From: Balanoglossus misakiensis
Taxonomy: Eukaryota > Animalia > Hemichordata
Length of the DNA: 64,000 nucleotides
Assembly (NCBI GenBank): GCA_040954595.2
Contig: CM082586.2
Location: 11,563,337 to 11,627,336, forward strand
Direction of reading: 5' to 3'
This document shows, one piece after another, positions 37,901 to 50,600 of this stretch. Under the pieces are notes generated by a model, which saw only the letters and a program-made list of their open reading frames with translations, was not told where the DNA came from and ran no database searches. The position numbers and the translations under genes are program-made. The first letter of the stretch is position 1; each line of letters opens with the position of its first letter.

Positions 37901-40900
37901 AGGCCGTGCCCCCAACTAACGTCGGTGTTTGAAACGCCCTGGTTAAATTCGGGCTCTCTCTATAAATTGACAGGCAATAATGCAGTCCTACCGGAACAAA
38001 TGTCGAGTGTTGACCCGCTGTGACTTTCCCTCTTCGGTTTGCCCGACTTGCCAACGTCTTTGTACTAGAGTGTCGGGTCTTTTGCAGAGCCAGGCCGAAG
38101 GAAATCCGACTTGATCACCGTTGCTAACGAACGCTAGTGTCTGTCATGGTGTGCCGGGGTTTTAGTCGAGCCAGGCCGTAGGAGATCTGACTTGATCATC
38201 GTGGTCAATGTACGCGTGTTTCCGCTCTAAAGTGCCGGGGCTTCAGCTAAACCAGGCCGTAGGAAATCCGACGTAATCACCGTTGATAACTTACGCCAGT
38301 CTGTGTCATATAGAGCCGGTGCACCAGCCGAGTCACGCCGTAGGAAATCTGACTTGATCAACGTGGTCAATGTACGCCTGTTTCTGCTCTAGAGTGCAGG
38401 GGCTTCAGCTGAGCCAGGCCGTAGGAAACCCGACGTGATTACCGTTGTTAACTTACGCCAGTCTGTGTCCTATATATAGCGCCCGGGCATCAGCCGTGCC
38501 AGGCCGAAGGAAATGTGAGTAGATCAACGTGGTCTCTCTACGCGTGTTTCTGCTCTAGAGTGCCAGGGCTTTAGCCAAGCCATGCCGTAGGAAATCTGAA
38601 TTAATCAACGTTGCTAACGAACGCTAGTGTCTGTCATAGTGTGCCGGGGTTTCAGTCGAGCCAAGCCGTAGGAGATCGGACTTGATCAACGTGGTCTCTG
38701 TACGCGTGTTTCTGCTCTAGAGTGCCGGGGCTTTATCCAAGCCATGCCGTAGAAAATCTGACTTGATCACCGTTGCTAACGTACGCTAGTGTCTGTCATA
38801 TTGTGACGGAGATTTAGCCGAGCCAGGCCGTAGAAAAATCGACTTGTTCAACGTTACCAGTGTGCAACTGTTTCTGCTCTAGAGTGTCAGGGTTTTAGCC
38901 GACTTATGCTGTAGGAAATCTGAGTTGATGAACGGGAATTCAATGTTAGAAAACCTGTGTGGAAAGTATCTCTACCCGTTTGAAACTAAGAAAAGAATTT
39001 ATTCTTATTTATTTTGTAAAAAAGACAATTTTTCGAAAAAAGTCGAAAATGGTAATTTTGTCTTGGGTGATTCAAATTATACCGCCTTTTCTGGAATTTG
39101 CAGCACTTTTTACAAGAGAACGACAATTCATGCTCCATAATATTTTCGAAAATGAAGAAAAGAGTTAATTGTTTATGATTTTTCTAAAATTTACCATTTT
39201 TGTCAAAATATGGCCAAAATGGCTATTTTTTCTTGAATTCCGTCAATATCTCTGCATTTTTGGAGTGGTCGAAAGTTTTAACATACAATCAACATGTCAT
39301 ATATGGTCAGGGCACCAAATTCGAAGAACAAAGGTTTTTTTATTTTTTTTCTAAAAATGACATTTTTAAGGAAAATTGAGTAAAACGCAATTTTGTCTGC
39401 AGTGAGCCAAATTAGACGGTCTTTTGTGGAATTTGTATCGATATATACATACGAAGAGCATTCTATACTCCATCAGATTTCCGAAAATGTAGATAACAGG
39501 TATTTTTTGTAATTTTCAAAAATTTACCATTTTGACCAAATTGTGGCTAATATTGTTATTTTCGTGTTGAATGCCGCCAGTGTCACTGCTTTTAAAAGTC
39601 ATAAAAACTTTTAGCATACAAGCAATTGTTTATATATGATCAGGTCACCGAATTAATAAAATAAAGAATGTTTTGCCTAAAAATGACCTTTTTGGTGCAA
39701 AAACGAATAAAACGCAATTTTGTATTAAATCAGCTCATTCAGAGTGCATTTTTATAATCAGCACCATTTTTACGTATAATGGAAATTTCATACATCATCA
39801 GATATCCAAATATGAAAAAATGAATTAGATATATTTAAGATGATTGTCCAAAATTAGCTGATATCTGATAAATGTAGTATTGAACCGTTCTGTTCCCCCC
39901 CCCCCCTACATTACATGCGGTACGCCGATGTCAGCTTAACCGGCAGTACTGCAGGCCGTGCCCCCAACTAACGTCGGTGTTTGAAACGCCCTGGTTAAAT
40001 TCGAGCTTTCTCTATAAATTGACAGGCAATAATGCAGTCCTACCCGAACAAATGTCGAGTGTTGACCCGCTGTGACTTTCCTTCTTCGGTTTGCCCGACT
40101 TAGCCAACGTCTTTGTACTAATGTGTCGGGTCTTTTGCAGAGCCAGGCCGAAGGAAATCCAACTTGATCAACGTTGCTAACGAACGCTAGTGTCTGTCAT
40201 GGTGTGCCGGGGTTTTAGTCGAGCCAGGCCGTAGGAGATCTGACTTGATCATCGTGGTCAATGTACGCGTGTTTCCGCTCTAAAGTGCCGGGGCTTCAGC
40301 TAAACCAGGCCGTAGGAAATCCGACGTAATCACCGTTGATAACTTACGCCAGTGTGTGTCATATAGAGCCGGGGCATCAGCCGTGCCAGGCCGAAGGAAA
40401 TGTGAGTAGATCAACGTGGTCTCTGTACGCGTGTTTCTGCTCTAGAGTGCCAGGGCTTTAGCCAAGCCATGCCGTAGGAAATCTGACTTGATCAACGTTG
40501 CTAACGAACGCTAGTGTCTGTCATAGTGTGCCGGGGTTTCAGTCGAGCCAAGCCGTAGGAGATCAGACTTGATCAACGTGGTCTCTGTACGCGTGTTTCT
40601 GCTCTAGAGTGCCAGGGCTTTATCCAAGCCATGCCGTAGAAAATCTGACTTGATCACCGTTCCTAACGTACGCTAGTGTCTGTCATATTGTGACGGAGAT
40701 TTAGCCGAGCCAGGCCGTAGAAAAATCGACTTGTTCAACGTTACCAGTGTGCAACTGTTTCTGCTCTAGAGTGTCAGGGTTTTAGCCGACTTATGCTGTA
40801 GGAAATCTGAGTTGATGAACGGGAATTCAATGTTAGAAAACCCGTGTGGAAAGTATCTCTACCTGTTTGAAACTAAGAAAAGAATTTATTCTTATTTATT

Positions 40901-43900
40901 TTGTAAAAAAGACAATTTTTCGAAAAAAGTCGAAAATGGTAATTTTGTCTTGGGTGATTCAAATTATACCGCCTTTTCTGGAATTTGCAGCACTTTTTAC
41001 AAGAGAACGACAATTCATGCTCCATAATATTTCCGAAAATGAAGAAAAGAGTTAATTGTTTAAGATTTTTCTAAAATTTACCATTTCTGTCAAAATATGG
41101 CCAAAATGGCTATTTTTTCTTGAATTCCGTCAATATCTCTGCATTTTTGAAGTGGTCAAAAGTTTTAACATACAATCAACATGTCATATATGATCAGGGC
41201 ACCAAATTCGAAGAACAAAGGTTTTTTTATTTTTTTTTCTAAAAATGACATTTTCAAGGAAAATTTAGTAAAACGCAATTTTGTCTGCAGTGAGCCAAAT
41301 TAGACGGTCTTTTGTGGAATTTGTATCGATATATACATACGAAGAGCATTCTATACTCCATCAGATTTCCGAAAATGTAGAAACAGGTATTTTTTGTAAT
41401 TTTCAAAAATTTACCATTTTGACCAAATTGTAGCTAAAATTGTTATTTTCGTGTTGAATGCCGCCAGTGTCACTGCTTTTAAAAGTCATAAAAACTTTTA
41501 ACATACAAGCAATTGTTTATATATGATCAGGTCACAGAATTAAAAATATAAAGAATGTTTTGCCTAAAAATGACCTTTTTGGTGCAAAAACGAATAAAAC
41601 GCAATTTTGTATTAAATCAGCTCATTCAGAGTGCATTTTTTATAATCAGCACCATTTTTACATATAATGGAAATTTCATACATCATCAGATATCCAAATA
41701 TGAAAAAATGATTTAGATTTTAGATGATTGTCCAAAATTAGCTGATATCTAATAAATGTAGTATTGAACCGTTCTGTTTCCCCCCCCCCCCTACATTACA
41801 TGCGGTACGCCGATGTCAGCTTACCCGGCAGTACTGCAGGCCGTGCCCCCAACTAACGTCGGTGTTTGAAACGCCCTAGTTAAATTCGAGCTTTCTCTAT
41901 AAATTGACAGGCAATAATGCAGTCCTACCCGAACAAATGTCGAGTGTTGACCCGCTGTGACTTTCCCTCTTCGGTTTGCCCGACTTAGCCAACGTCTTTG
42001 TACTAATGTGTCGGGTCTTTTTGCAGAGCCAGGCCGAAGGAAATCCAACTTGATCACCGTTGCTAACGAACGCTAGTGTCTGTCATGGTGTGCCGGGGTT
42101 TTAGTCGAGCCAGGCCGTAGGAGATCTGACTTGATCATCGTGGTCAATGTACGCGTGTTTCCGCTCTAAAGTGCCGGGGCTTCAGCTAAACCAGGCCGTA
42201 GGAAATCCGACGTAATCCCCGTTGATAACTTACGCCAGTCTGTGTCATATAGAGCCGGTGCACCAGCCGAGTCACGCCGTAGGAAATCTGACTTGATCAA
42301 CGTGGTCAATGTACGCCTGTTTCTGCTCTAGAGTGCCGGGGCTTCAGCTGAGCCAGGCCGTAGGAAACCCGACGTGATTACCGTTGTTAACTTACGCCAG
42401 TCTGTGTCCTATATATAGTGCCGGGGCATCAGCCAGGACAGGCCGAAGGAAATGTGAGTAGATCAACGTGGTCTCTGTACGCGTGTTTCTGCTCTAGAGT
42501 GCAAGGGCTTTCGCCAAGCCATGCCGTAGGAAATCTGACTTGATCAACGTTGCTAACGAACGCTAGTGTCTGTCATAGTGTGCCGGGGTTTTAGTCGAGC
42601 CAAGCCGTAGGATATCAGACTTGATCAACGTGGTCTCTGTACGCTTGTTTCTGCTCTAGAGTGCCGGGGCTTTATCCAAGCCATGCCGTAGAAAATCTGA
42701 CTTGATCACCGTTGCTAACGTACGCTAGTGTCTGTCATATTGTGACGGAGATTTAGCCGAGCCAGGCCGTAGAAAAATCGACTTGTTCAACGTTACCAGT
42801 GTGCAACTGTTTCTGCTCTAGAGTGTCAGGGTTTCAGCCGACTTATGCTGTAGGAAATCTGAGTTGATGAACGGGAATTCATTGTTAGAAAACCCGTGTG
42901 GAAAGTATCTCTACCCGTTTCAAACTAAGAAAAGAATTTATTCTTATTTATTTTGTAAAAAAGACAATATTTCGAAAAAAAGTCGAAAATGGTAATTTTG
43001 TCTTGGGTGATTCAAATTATACCGCCTTTTCTGGAATTTGCAGCACTTTTTACAAGAGAACGACACTTCATGATCCATAATATTTCCGAAAATGATGAAA
43101 GGAGTTAATTTTTTATGATTTTTTAAAAATTTACCATTTTTGTCAAAATATGGCCAAAATGGCTATTTTTTCTTGAATTCCGTCAATATCTCTGCATTTT
43201 TGGAGTGGTCGAAAGTCTTAACATACAATCAACATGTCATATATGATCAGGGCACCAAATTCGAAGAACAAAGGTTTTTTTTATTTTTTTTTCTAAAAAT
43301 GACATTTTCAAGGAAAATTTGGTAAAACGCAATTTTGTCTGCAGTGAGCCAAATTAGACGGTCTTTTGTGGAATTTGTATCGATATATACATACGAAGAG
43401 CATTCTATACTCCATCAGATTTCCGAAAATGTAGAAACAGGTATTTTTTGTAATTTTCAAAAATTTACCATTTTGACCAAATTGTAGCTAAAATTGTTAT
43501 TTTCGTGTTGAATGCCGCCAGTGTCACTGCTTTTAAAAGTCATAAAAACTTTTAACATACAAGCAATTGTTTATATATGATCAGGTCACAGAATTAAAAA
43601 TATAAAGAATGTTTTGCCTAAAAATGACCTTTTTGGTGCAAAAACGAATAAAACGCAATTTTGTATTAAATCAGCTCATTCAGAGTGCATTTTTTATAAT
43701 CAGCACCATTTTTACATATAATGGAAATTTCATACATCATCAGATATCCAAATATGAAAAAATGATTTAGATTTTAGATGATTGTCCAAAATTAGCTGAT
43801 ATCTAATAAATGTAGTATTGAACCGTTCTGTTTCCCCCCCCCCCCCCTACATTACATGCGGTACGCCGATGTCAGCTTACCCGGCAGTACTGCAGGCCGT

Positions 43901-46900
43901 GCCCCCAACTAACGTCGGTGTTTGAAACGCCCTAGTTAAATTCGAGCTTTCTCTATAAATTGACAGGCAATAATGCAGTCCTACCCGAACAAATGTCGAG
44001 TGTTGACCCGCTGTGACTTTCCCTCTTCGGTTTGCCCGACTTAGCCAACGTCTTTGTACTAATGTGTCGGGTCTTTTTGCAGAGCCAGGCCGAAGGAAAT
44101 CCAACTTGATCACCGTTGCTAACGAACGCTAGTGTCTGTCATGGTGTGCCGGGGTTTTAGTCGAGCCAGGCCGTAGGAGATCTGACTTGATCATCGTGGT
44201 CAATGTACGCGTGTTTCCGCTCTAAAGTGCCGGGGCTTCAGCTAAACCAGGCCGTAGGAAATCCGACGTAATCCCCGTTGATAACTTACGCCAGTCTGTG
44301 TCATATAGAGCCGGTGCACCAGCCGAGTCACGCCGTAGGAAATCTGACTTGATCAACGTGGTCAATGTACGCCTGTTTCTGCTCTAGAGTGCCGGGGCTT
44401 CAGCTGAGCCAGGCCGTAGGAAACCCGACGTGATTACCGTTGTTAACTTACGCCAGTCTGTGTCCTATATATAGTGCCGGGGCATCAGCCAGGACAGGCC
44501 GAAGGAAATGTGAGTAGATCAACGTGGTCTCTGTACGCGTGTTTCTGCTCTAGAGTGCAAGGGCTTTCGCCAAGCCATGCCGTAGGAAATCTGACTTGAT
44601 CAACGTTGCTAACGAACGCTAGTGTCTGTCATAGTGTGCCGGGGTTTTAGTCGAGCCAAGCCGTAGGATATCAGACTTGATCAACGTGGTCTCTGTACGC
44701 TTGTTTCTGCTCTAGAGTGCCGGGGCTTTATCCAAGCCATGCCGTAGAAAATCTGACTTGATCACCGTTGCTAACGTACGCTAGTGTCTGTCATATTGTG
44801 ACGGAGATTTAGCCGAGCCAGGCCGTAGAAAAATCGACTTGTTCAACGTTACCAGTGTGCAACTGTTTCTGCTCTAGAGTGTCAGGGTTTCAGCCGACTT
44901 ATGCTGTAGGAAATCTGAGTTGATGAACGGGAATTCATTGTTAGAAAACCCGTGTGGAAAGTATCTCTACCCGTTTCAAACTAAGAAAAGAATTTATTCT
45001 TATTTATTTTGTAAAAAAGACAATATTTCGAAAAAAAGTCGAAAATGGTAATTTTGTCTTGGGTGATTCAAATTATACCGCCTTTTCTGGAATTTGCAGC
45101 ACTTTTTACAAGAGAACGACACTTCATGATCCATAATATTTCCGAAAATGATGAAAGGAGTTAATTTTTTATGATTTTTTAAAAATTTACCATTTTTGTC
45201 AAAATATGGCCAAAATGGCTATTTTTTCTTGAATTCCGTCAATATCTCTGCATTTTTGGAGTGGTCGAAAGTCTTAACATACAATCAACATGTCATATAT
45301 GATCAGGGCACCAAATTCGAAGAACAAAGGTTTTTTTTATTTTTTTTTCTAAAAATGACATTTTCAAGGAAAATTTGGTAAAACGCAATTTTGTCTGCAG
45401 TGAGCCAAATTAGACGGTCTTTTGTGGAATTTGTATCGATATATACATACGAAGAGCATTCTATACTCCATCAGATTTCCGAAAATGTAGAAAACAGGTA
45501 TTTTTTGTAATTTTCAAAAATTTACTATTTTGACCAAATTGTGGCTAAAATTGTTATTTTCGTGTTGAATGCCGCCAGTGTCACTGCTTTTAAAAGTCAT
45601 AAAAACTTTTAACATACAAGCAATTGTTTATATATGATCAGGTCACCGAATTAATAAAATAAAGAATGTTTTGCCTAAAAATGACCTTTTTGGTGCAAAA
45701 ACGAATAAAACGCAATTTTGTATTAAATCAGCTCATTCAGAGTGCATTTTTTATAATCAGCACTATTTTAACGTATAATGGAAATTTCATACATCATCAC
45801 ATATCCAAATATGAAAAAATGATTTAGATATTAGATGATTGTCCAAAATTAGCTGATATCTAATAAATGTAGTATTGAACCGTTCTGTTCCCCCCCCCCC
45901 CCTACATTATATGCGGTACGCCGATGTCAGCTTACCCGGCAGTACTGCAGGCCGTGCCCCCAACTAACGTCGGTGTTTGAAACGCCCTGGTTAAATTCGG
46001 GCTTTCTCTATAAATTGACAGGCAATAATGCAGTCCTACCCGAACAAATGTCGAGTGTTGACCCGCTGTGACTATCCCTCTTCGGTTTGCCCGACTTAGC
46101 CAACGTCTTTGTACTAGAGTGTCGGGTCTTTTGCAGAGCCAGGCCGATGGAAATCCGAGTAGATCAACGTGGTCTCTGTACGCGTGTTTCTGCTCTAGAG
46201 TGCCAAGGCTTTAGCCAAGCCATGCCGTAGGAAATCTGACTTGATCAACGTTGCTAACGAACGCTAGTGTCTGTCATAGTGTGCCGGGGTTTTAGTCGAG
46301 CCAAGCCGTAGGATATCAGACTTGATCAACGTGGTCTCTGTACGCTTGTTTCTGCTCTAGAGTGCCGGGGCTTTATCCAAGCCATGCCGTAGAAAATCTG
46401 ACTTGATCACCGTTGCTAACGTACGCTAGTGTCTGTCATATTGTGACGGAGATTAAGCCGAGCCAGGCCGTAGAAAAATCGACTTGTTCAACGTTACCAG
46501 TGTGCAACTGTTTCTGCTCTAGAGTGTCAGGGTTTCAGCCGACTTATGCTGTAGGAAATCTGAGTTGATGAACGGGAATTCATTGTTAGAAAACCCGTGT
46601 GGAAAGTATCTCTACCCGTTTGAAACTAAGACAAGAATTAATTCTTATTTATTTTGTAAAAAAGACAATTTTTCGAAAAAAAGTCGAAAATGGTAATTTT
46701 GTCTTGGGTGATTCAAATTATACCGCCTTTTCTGGAATTTGCAGCACTTTTTACAAGAGAACGACACTTCATGATCCATAATATTTCCGAAAATGAAGAA
46801 AGGAGTTAATTTTTTATTATTTTTTAAAAATTTACCATTTTTGTCAAAATATGGCCAAAATGGCTATTTTTTCTTGAATTCCGTCAATATCTCTGCATTT

Positions 46901-47184
46901 TTGGAGTGGTCGAAAGTTTTAACATACAATCAACATGTCATATATGATCAGGGCACCAAATTCGAAGAACAAAGGTTTTTTTCTTTTTTTTTTCTAAAAA
47001 TGACATTTTCAAGGAACATTTGGTAAAACGCAATTTTGTCTGCAGTGAGCCATATTAGACTGTCTTTTGTGGAATTTGTATCGATATATACATACGAAGA
47101 GCATTTTATACACCATCAGATTTTCGAAAATGTAGAAAACGGGTATTTTTTGTAATTTTCAAAAATTTACCATTTTGACCAAAT
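13964..47184 (+). repeat. 2.05-kb composite satellite, main uninterrupted array (about 16.5 units)
   Basis: Poly-C landmarks at about 15445, 17495, 19217, 21433, 23486, 25537, 27584, 29637, 31690, 33740, 35790, 37843, 39894, 41779, 43833 and 45889. Near-identical short ORFs recur at 2048-2056 bp spacing. Confidence 0.99.
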
Positions 47185-47520
47185 TGTGGGGAAGTATCGT
47201 GGCAGTGATCAATACTCCCGGGAGGGGGTTCGAGTATACTGACGTCGGAAAAGAAGCGAACGATTCAGTGCTAGGTAAAACACTGGTTTATTACCATCTG
47301 AATCGAACAACAAAGTAACACCACAGAGCTCCTTACAAAATGCTGCCCGAAAGCGCCAAAACTGGGTTATATATAAGTCCCACGAACTCCGGAGCAAACA
47401 CTCAAAAATTACAATAAATCTGCTACAAGTATAAAGTTTGGCGGGAAACAAAGTCAACTCTGATAGGGTAAAAGTTTCCGTCACGTGATCCTTCTGGAGT
47501 AAATCTCTCACTTCTCCATA
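47185..47520 (-). repeat. 3' LTR of BEL #2
   Basis: Direct repeat of 53494-53829 with about 6 mismatches counted by eye. Preceded in element orientation by PPT GCGCGGGGGAGAA (reverse complement of 47521-47533). Confidence 0.97.
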
Positions 47521-47691
47521 TTCTCCCCCGCGCAAAGGAAAGTCTCGAAAATCGTCAGAATAAAAACATCAAATAACATGAAATATGATTAAAGTCACCT
47601 AAAGTGTTCAAGGATAATAAACTAATGTTCATTGTGTCAGTAAACATGATAACAGTCACAATGCGATCGAAATTGTTTTCCAATTTCAAAG

Positions 47692-50600
47692 TCAAACAGA
47701 GAGATCCGCTATTCGTACTCGAGCGGCAACTGCAGTGTCTCTGAGAGGTCGTCTCGGGGGTACAACATCCGCCTTCACCGAGGAATCTTCAGAGGCTCCA
47801 GCTGTGTCGACTGTTTCAGTATTCGTGTTGGAATCTGCTCCAATACCTGTATTATCTCCAGACACAGTTGACAGCTCCTTGGAGACAACTTCCAATGGGT
47901 ACAATTTATGGATAGGTCGGTTTGTAGGACCACCTGCGGTGTTCAACTCCGCAGATCGTACCAGTTTATCATTACCGAAGATCAACCTTGTTACAGTTCC
48001 TAAATGCCATTTCGGACGTTTGTCAGTGTCACTGTGTATTATCACGACATCTCCGACCTTGATGACATTATCACGAGTTCCTTTGGTGGGATGTCGTTCA
48101 CGTAGGGAAGTCAGATACTCGGACGACCATCTTCGCCAAAATTGATCGTGTAATCTTGATAGATGTTCATATCTTTTGTTGATTTCACGATTATCACAGT
48201 AAGATGGGTCAATCACCTCTTCGTCGGTGATCTCGATGTACGGCAATGAGGTCAGTGTCCTGCCATGTAGCAAGTGATTTGGGGTCAATCCAATGTTGTC
48301 GTTTATACTGGATGACACGTACGTTAACGGCCTGTCGTTTAAAACGGCTTCAATTTCAGTCACAACTGTTGCGAGTTCATCAAAGGTTAGGTAAGCTCGA
48401 CCGAGAGTTTTCCTAATAGCGTTCTTTGTCAAAGCAATCAGCCTCTCCCAGAAGCCACCAAACCAGGGCGCGCGCTTCGGTATAAACGTCCATTGTACAC
48501 GATGTGCGGCGAGAAAGTCATTTACTTCTGGCGTATCAAACAGTGTTTTGATTTCATTGGCAGCCGATAAATAAGTCGATGCGTTGTCTGACAGCATCCT
48601 ACTCGGCAAAGAACGTCTCGCGGCGAATCTTCTGAACGCGTGCATGAACGTCTGGGTTGACATATCAGGAACCAGTTCTAGGTGAATGGCACGCGTCACC
48701 GCACAGGTGAATAAACAGATATAGGCTTTGGCACGTGTCCCATCTTTGGCCTTGGTATAAAGATTACCCGTGAAATCCACGCCTGTTACAGTAAATCTTC
48801 TGAACGCGTGCATGAACGTCTGGGTTGACATATCAGGAACCAGTTCTAGGTGAATGGCACGCGTCACCGCACAGGTGAATAAACAGATATAGGCTTTGGC
48901 ACGTGTCCCATCTTTGGCCTTGGTATAAAGATTACCCGTGAAATCCACGCCTGTTACAGTAAATGCTGGGACAATGTTCACTCGATAACTTGGTAGCGGC
49001 GCTTGCACTGGATTCGCGTAAGGTTTCCCGGTAACTTTGTTGCAAATGACACAACCACGTAAGACACCGCGTACAATAATCCGAATTTTGGGGATCCAAT
49101 ATCTTTGCCTTATCTTTGTCACTGTAGATTGGACTCCCTGGTGAAGCGTCAGTTCGTGTGATTTCCGTATTATCAAATTTGTCAATTTATGATGCGAGGG
49201 TATCAAGGCGGGAAATCTTGTGACGAAATCGATCGGCGCGTTATGGATTCTACTCCCACAGCGAAGTACGTCTTCTTCTTCAACAAATAAGTTCAGTTGT
49301 CGAACAATGGGCGCACATGTACTCAAGTTCAATTTCACAGACTGGATTTCGGCGTCATAGAACTGCCGTTGAATATGTTTAACCCACATATTTTCCGCTC
49401 GGTGCAGCTCATCAGAGGTAATTCTCCCGTGTTTCACCTCGGTAGATTTTTTCATCCGTGCGATGAATCTGAGGACATAACTTGTCACTCGTAATAGCCT
49501 ATCCAAGTTGTTGAATCTGGAAATGTCAACAACGTGTTGAATTCCGTAGTCATTGGGACTGGTAATTTCCAGATTTTCGCGATCTGTACATCGTCTGGCT
49601 TTGGGGGGAGCGAGTATTTCTGCGTTCTCGGTAGACTGATCGTTGATTCCGTTGCCGAAACGCGGCGGCAATCTGTCCGTCTCATCTGGTTCGATTGCGG
49701 TATGCATCACATTAACATCAAACGCTGGGCAACTAGGCCAATCGCTTGTCTTTAGCCATGTTGGTCCATTACGCCATAGTTCAGAGCGTTCCATCATTTC
49801 GTAGGTTACCCCTCTGGTTAAAAGATCAGCTGGGTTGTGTTCTGATGGGCAGTATTTCTTTGTGGACTGAAATTCGCGAATTTCATCTACTCGATTCTTC
49901 ACAAACACCGGAAGTCTCTTCTCACTGTTCAGCCAGTGAAGGACAATTTGGCTGTCACTCCATAAATAACAACGAACTATGTCATATTTGGAGGACAGGG
50001 CTTCTTTAGCGTACTAGTACTTGCTGAGACGTGTGGCTATTAACGCAGCCATCAATTCCAGTCGCGGGAGTGTAGTTTCAGCCACTGGTGCGGTTCTAGT
50101 CTTCGCCATCACAAACGACGTTTGCTGTCCTCTTCAAATACACTACTGCCCCATACGCTCTCTGGCTTGCGTCTGCAAAGGCGTGTAGCTCGCATTCATT
50201 GTCGCCTTCAAGTTCATCAAAATATTGTCGTTCGATCTTCGTGTTTCGCGAGTCTTTGAGATCTTCTGCGATGTGCATCCATTGAGTGTAGAGATCTGCG
50301 TTGATAGGTTCATCCCAGTCTAATTCCAGTTTCCATAGTAACTGAATGAACAATTTGGCTTTGATCATTACAGGGGCGAGAAATCCAAACGGATCAAATA
50401 GCATCGCCACATAGCTGACAATGTCACGTTTGGTCACGAGTTCGGCACGCGACGACATATTAACCACTTTGGAGTAAGTCAATTCGTCAGATTTTGTTGA
50501 CCACTGCATTCCCAAAACGGATACATCTTCGGTGGGTTCGTTCAGATTGTCACATGTAGCGAGTTCGTTTATTTGTTGACAGTTGGAAGACCATGCTCTG

